A DNA stretch of 64,000 nt from Hormiphora californensis (lineage: Eukaryota; Animalia; Ctenophora). The DNA lies in NCBI GenBank assembly GCA_020137815.1, contig CM035358.1, forward strand, positions 2,356,001 to 2,420,000, given 5' to 3'. Made by a program: the position numbers and the translations under genes. The notes beneath the pieces are model-generated. The model saw only the letters and a program-made list of their open reading frames with translations, did not search any database and was not told where the DNA came from. Positions 13,681-27,334 of the stretch are shown here, one piece after another. Every line of letters starts with the position of its first letter. The stretch's first letter is position 1.

Positions 13681-14333
13681 TCTGGACCGACATTTGATCT
13701 CACTTCGAGCAGTCTCCCTCTCTCTATCTCTTTCTCTCTCTGTAAATCTTATTTTCTGTTCCTGTAGAGCTCTCCCCTACGGACCCGCCTCGGGTTACCT
13801 CTCTTTCCCTTTGCGTGTGTGAGATCACTCTTATGACGTTTGCAGCTGAGGGACACTTTAAAATCCGATTTTGAGTACTTATTTGGTCCGTCTTTAGTGC
13901 ATATAATACAGCTTCTATTTTGTGTAGCATGACTCTTCATGTACTAGTCATGGATCAGCGTTTTGTTTACTATAGCTTATTAGTTTTACTTTTGTTCTCC
14001 CCTCTCCCTCTCTCCTCTCTTTCTCTCTCTCTTTCTCATTCCCTTCCTTTCTCTACACACTCCCAGTCTACCTCCATTTCTCTCTTTGTGTGTGCCATTT
14101 TCCCATTCTGCCGTTTATCCCTTCTCTGTGTGTTAACTGTTTGTTTTGCATATCTTCACATTTAATATTCTGTATCGCCAATGTATTTGTTTTGTTGCAC
14201 CTACAAACACCTAAACAATCACCTAAACAAATCTGACGACAAACAGAAGACGATCTGGTCCCATATGAGCAGTCCAAACCAAACTATACAAACCTACACT
14301 TTTTGTATAGCGCCAAGTATCCACAGTCAGAAG

Positions 14334-17210
14334 ATGCAGATGAAGACAGTGCTCCTCGTGTTGTCGCTGCTAGGTAAGAATGAGTATGTGGAAACAAACT
14401 ACTTTGTGTAATTTCATGTGCATGTAATTTACACTCACTTTGCACGTTTGCTATCTCTTGCTCCCAGCTCACACATCTCTATCAAACATCTTTCTTTACA
14501 AAACTATGAAAACTCTTTTTTTCTGCTTCCTTTTGGCCCATTTATGCATCAAATGTGAAAGTGTTTGTGCGTAATGTGTGTATGCGAGTGCCTCTCTTTA
14601 CTCTCCTATAGCTGCAACAACGGTTTACTGTGCGGATGATGTTGAAAAGACGCTAGACAAGGCAAAAAACGTTTACTCGGACACTAAAGATCTTGTGGAA
14701 GGTAAAAATAGTTCGACACCCACAAATGGCACCACAACTTCCAGCGAAGATGATAAGAATATGCCTGGTAAATTGTCACAACAACTGGACTCTCAATCAA
14801 TTGATGGTCGTGCATGCAGGTTCACATAATATCACAAAACTCTGATTATATGCTGATATGATATGCTGATGAAATCTAATGGTCAAACGATCTAATTGGC
14901 TCAATAAATCGCAACATGTATCAGTATGTTCAGAACTACAAACTCCTAACTATTTGGCAATATTTAATTGTATTAGTTAATGGCAATGAAGGTGTTGCAA
15001 GAATAGTAGAGTCGATAAGTACATCGACCTCTCCCAATTGTTCCAGTTTTTGTCACATCTGTTTGGAGCCTCGACACGACCTCTAAACAGGTGTTACTTT
15101 TTCACAAACTGTTTTCATCTTGGTGTAATCAGCAGTTGAAATGTTGCTAATCATAACAAAAACCTGACTAAATTTTTTCAACTTGGGGTAAAACCATGGG
15201 TGTCAAAAGTTAGCTCTAAGTCCCCTGAGTAACCATCCGGAGACTCTAAGAGATATTTCAAGCCGTTCTCCTGTAATCATTAATCCCGGTAGAGCACATA
15301 TTTGAGTATGGACGTACGTGCAATTGCCTACAACCTCAACTTTAATGTATAACGTTAATGTGCGTCTCTCTCTTTTCTCCCCCTTGAGAAAGAGTTATCT
15401 CGCGCGGCGCAACCGCACGTGCGGTTTTTCCAGAGAGAGTGAGAGACATACAATAACATGTAAACAGCCTGCCAGCGCTCACGTACGTCCGCATTGTATT
15501 TTTTTCTCCACCGGGATTAATGATTACGGGAGAACGGCTTGAAATATCTCTTAGAGTCTCCGGATGGTTACTCAGGGGACCTAGAGCTAACTTTTGACAC
15601 CCATGGTTTTACCCCAAGTTGAAAAAATTTAGTCAGGTTTTTGTTATGATTAGCAACATTTCAACTGCTGATTACACCAAGATGAAAACAGTTTGTGAAA
15701 AAGTAACACCTGTTTAGAGGTCGTGTCGAGGCTCCAAACAGATGTGACAAAAACTGGAACAATTGGGAGAGGTCGATGTAGTTATCGACTCTACTAGAAG
15801 TGAGATCTACGTTTTTTAGTTTTTTGGCGAATAAACGGTACTTGCTACATCAGCTTCACCAAAGTTTCATCGCATATATCCATCATGGGGAGCAAGAGAT
15901 AGCGCATACAAAAGGACAGCACTATATCTATACTTTTGTATTTCCTACAGAGGGATCCTTAGCTGATGTGCCATACCCGGGTATAGTGCCGGAGGAAGCC
16001 GTGGGATACAGCAATCAAGGTGTAATCATTTAAGTGTCATATATGCACACGTATATACGTATCGTCGGCTGAATTATTTTGTGAGCTATAATCAGTCATT
16101 GAATATGGAAAGGGATTCGAAAAGTGTGGTATAGTGAGAGTCCTAGTGAGCTGTTTTTTAATCTGCATGTTTTCAATCAAACTGAGAGGTCCATTAAATC
16201 CATCAAATTCTCATCTAATTTATCTCTTTCAACTCCTCAAATTCTACACCACAACTAACCAAACTTCCTGCATTTCCCTTCAGGGGTATCACGGGGAAAT
16301 GATGAAATTATTGTTGACAACAACAACCAGAATTCAGCAACTGGATCCGGTGTCCGGTGCAGGAAGTGTACGGTGACTAAGAATATGGACAACGTGGTGT
16401 CAACTGTGTATGATGATGTACAGTATTCTGCCGTCAACTCATGTAAGTGAATACTTAGTAGAGATTAGAAATATTTGTATGAGTTTGGGCACGTTACGCC
16501 CCTCAATCTTCGCGTGTAAGAATCAAGCCCCCGCTATTATACACAATTGAGGTTTTACTAAATGACGTAGTTTTAAAAATTCAATAACGTCCTCACGATC
16601 ACAAAACCCATCCAATGTCCAAATGTCAAATACTCACAACTCTTTCCTCACAGTGTTCGATTGTACAAACTACCAGTGTGCCCCAAGTGAGGACTGGTGT
16701 CTGGTTACCTACGCCTGGCTCCGGGCCGGTGCCAACAGCCAAGAGAAGAAGGTCGAGGTGTACACTTGCGGAAACAAGGAACACATCAGTAAGTAAACAT
16801 TTGATATACTGTCAGGCCAATGCTCTGACCACAGTTCTCGTGCGCTCGGACAGTTGAAATATATGAATCTCTCCTTTTACTCACCATCACTTGCCTGTAT
16901 GCGAACGCAAATTCGACTAGGCGAGACTCTTTCTTTCATCTGTGCCAATGCAATATAAAATATTTGGTTTTCAAGTCTTCAGAAAATCCACAGCGAAAGT
17001 TCCGGATGTTCAATCCCTAAAACTAATTCCTCCTCATCCTTCTCCGCAGGGAACGACAAGAACTGCCGAACAATGATTGCTGCGGATAACATGCATAATC
17101 TCATTGGAACTTGCGAAACGAAACGATCAGGCTCCATGACCACCTCACCCGTCTCAATCGTTACAATAACTCTGACACTGGCTCTGGGACTTTTGATTCA
17201 ACACGTATAG
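14334..17210 (+). CDS. Secreted, probably GPI-anchored Cys-rich protein with a Ly6/uPAR (three-finger)-like domain, about 239 aa, 6 exons
   Basis: Exons 14334-14373, 14612-14767, 15951-16019 (donor could be 15980), 16284-16442, 16654-16788, 17050-17210; all introns GT-AG and phase 1. Signal peptide MKTVLLVLSLLAATTVYC; S/T/N-rich linker; VRCRKC..DCTNYQCAPSEDWC..YTC..NC..GTC (8 Cys); C-terminus SGS-MTTSPVSIVTITLTLALGLLIQHV*. Confidence 0.85.
15004..15796. mobile_element. 793-bp foldback element with TAG..CTA termini and 3-bp TSD (Academ-like), in intron 2 of the GPI-protein gene
   Basis: About 285-bp near-perfect arms (TAGTAGAGTCGATAA.. / ..TTATCGACTCTACTA); TSD GAA at 15001-15003 and 15797-15799. 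Confidence 0.85.
16809..16853. mobile_element. 45-bp mini-element with CTGTC..GACAG termini
   Basis: Flanks TTGATATA / TTGAAATA (8-bp TSD, 7 of 8 identical); shares its first 30 bp with 18409-18503. Confidence 0.6.
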
Positions 17211-18408
17211 ATACCACAATGACATATCCAGCCATGGGATAAGGTTTATTATCCCGTTGTGACAACATATTATTCTCGTATGACATCTGCAGGGAAAGCA
17301 TCATTTTACTCTCAACTTGGAGGGTGAGCTAAAGTGTTTCGTTACAATCACAGGATAGAACCTAGGACTGTTAAACTACATCTGCCTAGCTGGATAGATA
17401 TTTGGAGATCTAAGGTTTTATATTAGTACAGAGTGTTGAGAGATGTTATAGGGGGAACTAGCAGCAGGGGAATGGGATCAAGGCATCTGGCACGAGAGTC
17501 CAAACAGAATTATGGGAGGTTAAAGATATTAGCTAGCCAAATCAGACGTTTAGTTTTTGTGTTATAGAGTGATGGAAGTCTGGGTTTTTTATCTGACATC
17601 GTAGTGGAAAAAGAGAGTCAATTATATTCTTTTATTGAAGAGATATGTATTTATTTACCAAGAGGCCCAAACCCATAATATATCTTTTGTAGCTTCAAAT
17701 CTGTAGAGTATAAAGGTAGTGCACGGAGAGCGGCGTATATAAAGCCACGATATTATATCAGAACAAATTGCAAATGTGCAGTTGTACTTAGCTTTTTTAA
17801 TGTTGATTTTTGACATATATATATAAATATAATTACAAATCCGAACACACTTTTATTACACACGGAAATTCACCGCGTTTCAATTGTTCTACTGTAACAA
17901 TGAAAAAGTTGAACGAGATCCAAATGATATGTGCCGAACCTTGAATAAATGAAGTCTGTCGTAAAAGAGGTCAGAGAACCAAATCACCAATTCGTAACTA
18001 TGATTTATGGATTAAAAACGCTGTGTTTTTTGTTTTGGTTGACAAGCAGTAATAATTAAACGCTAACAATTTAAATTTAATCAAAGTTAAACATTCCTGC
18101 CCGAAAACCTGGGATCTCAAAATTAAAGATCAATTACATACTAATGATTCTTCTAAACGTACACTATTAAATCATGTTATTAGAATTCTTCCACGCATAC
18201 TGCTATCATTCTAAATTCTTTCTAAAGTTATAATTCGCCATGTTGACAATTTGTACACACCCTAAACTACAATTAAATAAAAATAAACATGCTCAGCTCT
18301 ACACGGTAGACGATTAATTTAAACCACAGCAACACAGTCTATCAATTAGCTATCATCATCTCTCAAATCATAAAATATTTTTACTAGGATTCAAATTCAA
18401 AGGATATA

Positions 18409-18503
18409 CTGTCAGGCCAATGCTCTGACCACAGTTCTCGCGCGCTCCGCGTGCAGAACTTATTTGAGAGAAACGAGAATGGGTCAGGCCAATGCTCTGA
18501 CAG
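18409..18503. mobile_element. 95-bp mini-element with CTGTCAG..CTGACAG termini
   Basis: Perfect 8-bp TSD AGGATATA at 18401-18408 and 18504-18511; motif GTCAGGCCAATGCTCTGAC at both ends. Confidence 0.75.
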
Positions 18504-20592
18504 AGGATATAAAATTGGTACATAGCATGTACTGTTGTCATCCATAGAATTTGTACTGTTCTGGTTCAGAGAGTTTCAATCTTCAATGTGTATGATTTAA
18601 ATTCCTCATATTATTCTCAAGATTCCACTGATGATCTACCGCTGGTAGTGAAACAATTGTTTGGTAAAACCACTTGTTTTCATTTGTTGTTCTCAAGATA
18701 TCACAGAAAAGTCTCAGTTTTATCCTCTTGTGAGTTGTTATCATGTTCAGTAGCCACTACGTTTTGCTGTACCACCGATCTCGCCGGTTCCTGGTCTCTG
18801 CTAAGATGATAAAATTATGTTTATGAAGGAGTAAAAACAGCACACGTGCAGCAGCGAAAATCAGATTTTCAGAGTTTGACTCAGCGTTCAGCATTCCCAC
18901 TCAAAATGTAGATTCAACGACAATCAGCACCGCCAATTTCGACACGAGTGGATTATTATTTTCTATATGCTATGCAAGGCCGGGTTGAAAAAAAACCGAT
19001 GCCGTTTAATGAAAGATGCTATAAACCGTGCTTCAGAATCTCTGGGAAGGGTCTGTAAATAAAATCTGGAGCCCCCTCAATCTATACTCCACACATGCAC
19101 ACACACACACACAAAATGTGCAGATCTACTACCGAACATGGGCTCTAGGTGAGCTCAGTGTGGTGACTCGAGTGTAACTATTGGCTGCACCACTCTGCTG
19201 CAAGTTGTTGTAATGCGGCGAACTGGAGGAGGGGGTGTTTGTATTATCAGCAGGGATTGTGGTGGTCGATTGTGCAGTTGTCCCCACCGTGGTGTTACCA
19301 GTCATGGTAGATTGTTGGTCTAGCCTGCAGCGGGGGATGCTCAGAGAGCACTTGTGAGGCACAGCAATGTATGTAATTCAGTACAAAATAGACTTAGAAA
19401 TATAAACAGAAATTTTAGCTGAAATAAGGGACTGTGATTAGTCTAAAATGTAATAATTCGTGCATAATGTTGTTGTTGAGTAAGGGGTGGGGAAGTAAAA
19501 GAGATGTCTAAATTTATTCTATTGATTCCATATTTGAAGTTCATCACCGCGGTGCAGGTTCAAAATAGAAAATGTCAAATTATACTGCCCACGAAGATGA
19601 TCAACTGTTTCAGCCACCGCCCGACACACGTGGGACGTGGGTGGTCCTATCATAACTACAATGACCTAACGTCTGCTTCTATAATTATAATGGCTCTTTC
19701 TAGAATTGCATTCCGTTATAAAGCTGTCCCCATCTGAGCGCACTGTCTGGCGCTGCCAGACAGCTACAAAGTGCAGTTTCAATTGCTGTATCCCATGAAT
19801 TTGCCCACGTAGCGGGCAAGCCCCGTGTGAGGGGATCGCCCTACGGGCGCGCAAACATGAGGGGCGCGACGTGCCCAACCCATGAATCGGTCTTGTTGAG
19901 AACACAAAATAAGTTGACGTGTTTGTCAAACAACTATTTTACAAGGCAAGAAATACATTATACATGGACAGCACTGGTTGGGCCAGCTATAAACTCCTTG
20001 CTTTACAGATTTAATTGTACTAATTACACACTAATTACACTGACAAAAAGGGAGCCGTTACAAGTATAATATAGTACCTATGATCCATTCCAATTGATAT
20101 TGGTGTAATTTTGTTATTGCTGTGAAACCTAGAAATATGGCGTTAGATGGCGTAGGAAGAAGAACGCCCTGCTGTATTAGATCTGGTGTACGCTAGAGAA
20201 TACTTTGCTCTATCCAGTCTTGAATTCCTTTTTAAATGCTTAGGCCTATGTGATTGGATACCGACCCCACTATAAGTGCTTAACAATTGAAGTTTTGTAG
20301 AAAGAAATCTTGCGGACAGTGCTCTATGTCTAGGGATTGGAGAGCTTGTAACAAAGGGAAAAAGCAAGTTCAAAAACTTACTCTTTTCCTTTGTAATTTA
20401 AGTTTTGTATTAATTTGATCATTTAATTCCTTATACTTGTATAAGTACCATTAGCACAGTATTCATGAAACGTTTATGGGTTATAGAGATGAAAAAGCTT
20501 TTTATAGCTATAGGCTTATATAAGCAACAGTTTAGCCCAGGTAGCGGCCGACTAGGTAGGTTTAAACACGATCGTTGCAAGAGCAATTATAC

Positions 20593-22439
20593 TCACTTAT
20601 ATGTCATGAGACGTTTGGTGAAGAAATTCCGACTCTGACAGATAACCGATCGGTATTTCTCAGATCTGGTGATAAAAACCAGTGGATTGGTTGCGGAGTT
20701 AACGTAGATGCAGATGGTTGCCATGGTTACCGTATACATCTGAATCTTAACTGGCACTTGTTCCTGAAGTGTTGGATAATTATGTTACATGACACTATTA
20801 GCACAGTTTTTTTAATCACAATTTTTGCGTGACTTCTCGCCAACCGACCCAGAGAATATATGGGACACCCTGTATAAGGTATCAAAATTCGCTACTCACC
20901 ATAAATCCGGATATATCGATTATGGATAGGACGACAAATGGACTCCAGAGCATCAAATAAAGAATCACCACCATGAGCAAGGTATGTGTGGCCTTCTTAG
21001 TCCTTTTAACTCTATTATCGCGTCGCTGGTCCTCTTTGTTGAGAGGCTTCTTAGTCGGACCCCTGTATGGGTGTTGTTGAGTAAATGTTACTCAGCAATG
21101 TGGGTGTTTAAAGTGAGTTTATTGTGTTTGGATATTGTGATCTGTTAGAATTAGTGATGTAACTAACTAGCTAATTAGCTTTAAAGACTTACTTCGTCAC
21201 AGGAGAGCTGCTCTGTAACAGGAATATAACGAACAAAGATAAAACCAACACGCCCAGAAAGGGTATTATAACTGTTACCGCTGAAACCATATAAGGCACG
21301 TTTTATTTTCTGTTGTTCATTAAAAACGGTAAAACTTTCGATTTGTACGTATTTATATCTATGCAATTTAGCCGCTGTCAAGTTATGGGGTCAGTATGAG
21401 CTTCAGTTTTACCGTTTTGAATGGCCAGAAACCAGAAATAGTGATCATCGACCATAAGGTGGGGGAAGCAAATTGTCGTATACTCGTTGTAGAAAAAGTA
21501 AGTCGATGCCTTTTTGGCGTCCTCTACCATGTGGTTGTTGATGAAAATGCTGACGGAAGCGAACACCAAGGCTATTAGCCAGTTTGTACCAAGGAGTAAG
21601 AACTGAAAAATATATGTTTATAGTCTCAGGAGTAATTGAACTGAAAAAAAACTAAATGTCTATCGGGAAACTATCAGTCTGGTACTTGCATTTAATTAAA
21701 TTAAGTAAACATTTTGGAGAAAGAGCTAGCGTTGAAGACAACTTACAACAGAGTAGGTGCTCATTATTGTGTTATAGTTGAGGGGCATGGAAACCGCCAC
21801 GGCCCTGTCCATGGCGATATTCAAGTTTGTGAGGGGTACCAGCACTCTCACCGCCACAAAAACAAACCCATTTATATCACACAACCACTGAAATACACAC
21901 CGATGGTTAGACACAATGAACGTTTCCATGAAATCGAATAAAGGGTACAAAGATGTCAGGAGTTGCCTAGGTAACGCAGCACTCAGCCAAAAAATGGCCC
22001 ATAGGAAAGTTCTCCCTCCTACCTGGTTGGTCTCAATAAAATCGCGGCTTATCGGCACTCTATTCGAGTTAAAGAGGGAAATGATGCTCACAGGAGTGAG
22101 GATAACAGAGTTGATGATGTCCACGATGGCCATATGTGCAATGAACAGAATTGCAGAACTCTTCCAAGAGTTCATTCTAATCACCACGATGAAGGTGAGG
22201 ATATTGCCAATGACAGCAGTTACCAACACACAACATAGTATCACTGTAACACGGGATATTGGTTAGATATAAGTTGGAATTCCATGGTTGTAATGGGAAC
22301 TTTTAGAATTTAGAGTAATCAAATATGTTAACTTACGCCCAAAGAAAGTGTCTAGTTCCTTGATAAGTATGTCACCATCCCCCTCCTCCTCCTCCAGCAG
22401 ACCTGCTGCTGCTGTTGTAATATTCATTATATTCGCCAT
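20593..22439 (-). CDS. Orphan class A (rhodopsin-like) GPCR, at least 403 aa, 6 core exons; C-terminal exon uncertain (candidates 20143-20245 and 19129-19324)
   Basis: Exons 22439-22337, 22243-21747, 21602-21413, 21280-21193, 21062-20900, 20763-20597/20593, all phase-consistent GT-AG. Motifs: TM1 GN, TM2 MAIVD, TM3 C..AMDRAVAVSMP, TM4 W, ECL2 C, TM5 IIP, TM6 KKATHTL..LWSP, TM7 NSATNPLVF. Confidence 0.92.
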
Positions 22440-23030
22440 TGAATGACCTGCTGTAAGTTATCAATTGGTGGTGTAAGTACAAAACACGGGGTTTGTATGA
22501 GTCGCCTGACACTGTGTATGAACAATTCAAGGGTTCATGCTGTAAGTTAGACTGCTTGTGAGAACATGTTTTATGTTCTGATTAGACAAACTGAACGCGT
22601 CACTATCATAACAACTAGCGAATACTATCTAGCCTTTTACCGCTGTTTTCAGTTCTTCAAATCAATGGGAGGGTGGGGAAGAGGGGGAACATGGCACAAG
22701 AAAGTCTGAACTGGCAATGTTTTATATATCTAGAGACAAGAAGTTAATTCATTAATATGATGAGTCTTGGATGGGGGCTATAAAAATAAAGCTCAGTTGG
22801 AAATGAAATTGATATTTGATCTCTCTCGCGAATACTTTCCGTTAAAGCTTCCAACGTATTATACATATCATTCAAGTAATATAGATTACATCTACTAGAT
22901 CTAAACTACACAGATCCACAGCACGAGATAGAAAGATAACTTTAAGCATTCTAATGGTTTGTAGACTCTTACACGTAATGTTATTCAACGCACTGTACAA
23001 ATTAAGTCTGTAGCCCAACAAGACCGTTAA

Positions 23031-23273
23031 AGTGAGAGAGAACAGCAGGGATTTTCACAAAAAGTTGTCTGGATACTCCTTGATGGCGAACTAAAACTTT
23101 AGTGAAAACTGCATGTATCTAGCATTATAGGCCCATATAATGGTGCGTCTCGCATGTGTTAGCTCAATTTTCAAAAACATGCTAGAGAAATGCGGTTTTC
23201 ACTAAAGTTTTAGTTAGCCATCAAGGAGTATCCAGATAACTTTTTGTGAAAATCCCTGCTGTTCTCTCTCACT
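23031..23273. mobile_element. 243-bp MITE, Kolobok-like
   Basis: About 95-bp TIRs AGTGAGAGAGAACAGCAGGG..; TTAA on both flanks (23027-23030, 23274-23277); purine-purine termini. Confidence 0.82.
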
Positions 23274-26200
23274 TTAAGATATTATTAATTTACACACTTG
23301 GTGCACGGCGGGAACTAACAAATACAAACTAAAATATAAAAGTGCGAAGACTGGAGTCTGGGAGCAAAAAAGCTGTGATCAGTATGCAATATGTAAGATA
23401 AAAAGTTAGCGATGGTAGTTTTCTTAAGACTTGTTACCTAAAGTGATATGAGGTGGCATTATAACACTTCGTTAGCGGCATATTTCCAGTACCACGTCGG
23501 TATATTTACAGGTCAACACTAATACTACTTTATAGATGGCAACTGCAAAGTATGGGGAACTCTATCAAAGAATACTTTTGCAGCTTAAGTCCTCTGCAGT
23601 AACTCGCGAATCAGGTAGGTATAAAACGAGGACTTGTCATATAATGTCTCACTGAATATCTTTCTGACGAGCTCCAGACCACTCTATAATTGTTAGAAAG
23701 AGTCATCTCCTCAAAACTATAACGTCTGGTAGAAACAAGACATCTCTATGACATAAAGTAAGGACCCTACAAAGATTGATTAATCTCTTTGAGTCTTTGA
23801 AGTGACATGTACAATTCACAAACGACACCTAAAGATATTCATTTTGGCATGTGTCTCTACCGAATTCCAAATTATACATACCCTAGATCATTTCGCAATT
23901 ATACCAACTATTTCAAATCAGGCAAAGACCATTTAAAAGATGATGTATTTCAGTACAGAAGAAAATTATCAAGCTAAACTGATTTTAGCACCTATCAACC
24001 TTGATACAAATCTCTCACACGCCCGTCTCTCTCTTAAAAACGCTTGATAACAGCTCATATATGGACAAATCGAACTGTTCGATGACACACTCTGAAGATG
24101 GATGGATGAAACTTGACAGATTCGAATTGTACATGAACGACGAGCATCATAGTTCTTTAGAAAGAAATGTAGGTAAGGATCAACTGTTCACGAGGGGCAT
24201 GCTGCTGTGTGTCCGAGTCTAATCTTCCCGGTCCTGTAATGTACAGGATGTATCATATGATGTTGTGAAAAGGGGAACTAATATTAATTAAAGATTAAAA
24301 TTTGATTTATTAGATCTCACACCCATCCGCCACATCCCAGTCCACAAAGATTAAAAGCTAATATCTTATTTTCTCTCCCACGCAACTCGTCCTACGGCTA
24401 CTGATCAACAGTTCAACTTGAAGGGGAAGCATACAGCGGATAGATCTTGGTTGTTGAAGTGCAGTGGTTTTGTGAAATATAAATCAAAGATGAAAAGCTA
24501 TTTACATCATATAATAGATCAGCTGTGTTGATTGCCATTTAGTATAAACATCTCACACGTATAAGCACAAAAGAAGAAATCGCGATGATCTAGACCCGTT
24601 ATATTACATGCTTTATTATAACACACACTGTGTACATATAATGGTCCACATGTATCTATATCTTATCATGGGTATCATGTGCAGGTACGGTGCCTTTACC
24701 CAGGTCCCCGGAAATTACATTATAAACTGTTTAGGAAGTATGCAGTTGAATTTTGAAGAAGATTATCTGTTTATAGGGTAACACAAAGAAAATAATCGGT
24801 CACAATTCAGGAGGTCAATTTACCAACACTCAATCAGAAACAATACTCTTGTCCAGTCTGAAACCACCCTCTATCATTTCTCTAACCTGGCCATCACGTA
24901 CAAACTTTCAAATTCAACGGCATGGATCTACTTTAACAAACTAATTCACACAGATGACAACTTCTATCAACTTGAGAAATAATCAAATAGAAGAAGTCGA
25001 TATATATCGCACTATTTGATAAGGCTTCACATTGTACTGTGGGGGCAGATGGGCCATCTTACCCGCCCTATACTGTGCCAATTATATATAGGAGAGGAGG
25101 AAACTAATAATAATATAACATGTCATGGTCCATAATACAGTGGGATAAATGTTAAATAATAGTATACTTTTGTGGATCTAAGAGAAGATCCTCTACATGG
25201 GAGTCACCAACAGAGAGAGGGTTGATCAATCGGACCCTCACAGATATTAAATGCGATGTGAGCTACAAAAAGAGAAGGTACTGCTTCGGGCAACCAAAAA
25301 GTATAATAAATAGTTTATATCAGCATGGGAAATCCTAATTGGCTTCAAATGGAGCAGCTGTAGACTCTCGATATACCGTGTATCTCGACATACCCCGACT
25401 TGTTCCATCATGTTCAAGTTCACAATCGATGTATCGGGTATAAAACCTTTCCCACGACAATCCCGGTAAATCGAGTAATGTGCCAGTTTAACATATCCGA
25501 TAGTGGGATATATTCAATTAGGGGCAAAGTGGCAAAGGAAACTGTCAAAAAGTGATAGGTATGGGAAATAATAGTTGGGAAATGATAATTGGGGGCGCAA
25601 ATATTCAGTGAAACTTTAAGACAAAAAGTATGGTACAAATAGGAAAAATCCAAAAGATGACAACATCGGGTAGTGGGGTACCTTATTATAGGCGACAACC
25701 ATAAATGGATCAGCCTATAGTAAACGCGAGCGTTAACAATGATGTATATTGACTTGTCAAAGAAATATAGTCGCACCAACACCCCATAGATGTTGTTTCA
25801 TTCGATAGACGCGGGGTGGGGTTTCCTAATTATAAGTTAGTGAAAGGTGCAAGATTACAAAGGATGTTACTTTGATCGTTATGTGTGGTAAACGAGAGAA
25901 CAACTTATAAAGGCTGGCAAGCTGCTTTATAGACGTAGAAAGGAAAATATATATAAGTTAAGACATCGCTGTTCATTTAGGGCAAGACGAGTGGAAGAAG
26001 GATTTGGGCAGGGCGTATACCACAGATCCTTGAAACTATACCGGTGTGTGCATGCCTATTAACAGCTGCTGCTGGTGCACTGTGACACCCACATTACAAT
26101 GACAAACAGACCCATAATATAGCAGACTATAAACCTGCAATGACTGGCTAATGCAGCAGACCTGTTATGATATTATTAAGTTTGTGCACAATCAAAACTA

Positions 26201-26377
26201 TAGTTGTCTGTCAACATTCTGCAAGACGTGTGCCATATAAGCCATTGTTGTTTACTGCTGATGACTTGGTACCCAATATGTCCCTATTGTTGAAGATTAT
26301 GATTATTGCATATTGCATAAGCTATTCGAGGGGTAGGGCAATGCTGCAAGTAGTACCATATACCATTCCCTCACTTT

Positions 26378-26457
<80 letters not shown>

Positions 26458-27095
26458 TCCCTTTGATCCCTCTAAATGCAGCTTGATTGTGCAGTACCGC
26501 ACCCATCACCACCCCCAATCCCCATACATATGATGCATACCATTAGCCCGGGACGGATTAATGGCAGAGATGTCCTGCAGGTGAGAGTTGTATGGAGCTA
26601 GTGCAGGATCATTCGGATTTTACCAAATTATCACAGACATGGCATTGTCTGTGGGACCGTGCATAGCCAAGCTCCAATAAAGATGGGTAATGGAAAGACA
26701 TGGCTGCATTGTCGAAGGGCCAGGCTGAAATTATGTCAGACAGTTAAGTGGCTAATTTAATGGCGACTGAATGTAGGAAAACAAGACCATTTGACGAAAA
26801 AGCTTTTACCATCCGAGTAAGTTGGACGTTGGTTGGGAGACTACCCTATACCACCAGTCATAGACAGGGTAAGCCACTTAACAACAATTAGGCTCACATG
26901 AAACGTCAACAACATGGTCTCATAATGGACCTCTCTCTCTCTCCCTCAGCTGTTCGACAAAAGAAATGACTCGATTTGGAGCCTAGTTTAAACTCCCACC
27001 ACTAACAAATATAAAGGAGTGGCAGATGTGTAACTAAGTCTCGCTCGACGATAAGGCGGTGTGTTGTTAAAGACGAGAGGTAAAGACTAGAAGGT

Positions 27096-27174
<79 letters not shown>

Positions 27175-27296
27175 GGATAGAGGGAGAGATAGAGAGTGGG
27201 AGACATAGAGAGGGAGAGATAGAGAGTGGGAGAGATAAAGAGAAACAGAGGGAGAGAAAGAGGGAGATAGATAGATGGAAAGAAAGGGATAGAGGG

Positions 27297-27334
<38 letters not shown>

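Noticed and set aside
20593-22439. GPCR as an opsin
   Set aside because: TM7 (ATICIYVNSATNPLVF) lacks the retinal-binding lysine.
23530-24530. Possible plus-strand exons (MATAKYGELY.., ..SEDGWMKLDRFELY..)
   Set aside because: They could not be joined with consistent phases and no homology was recognised.
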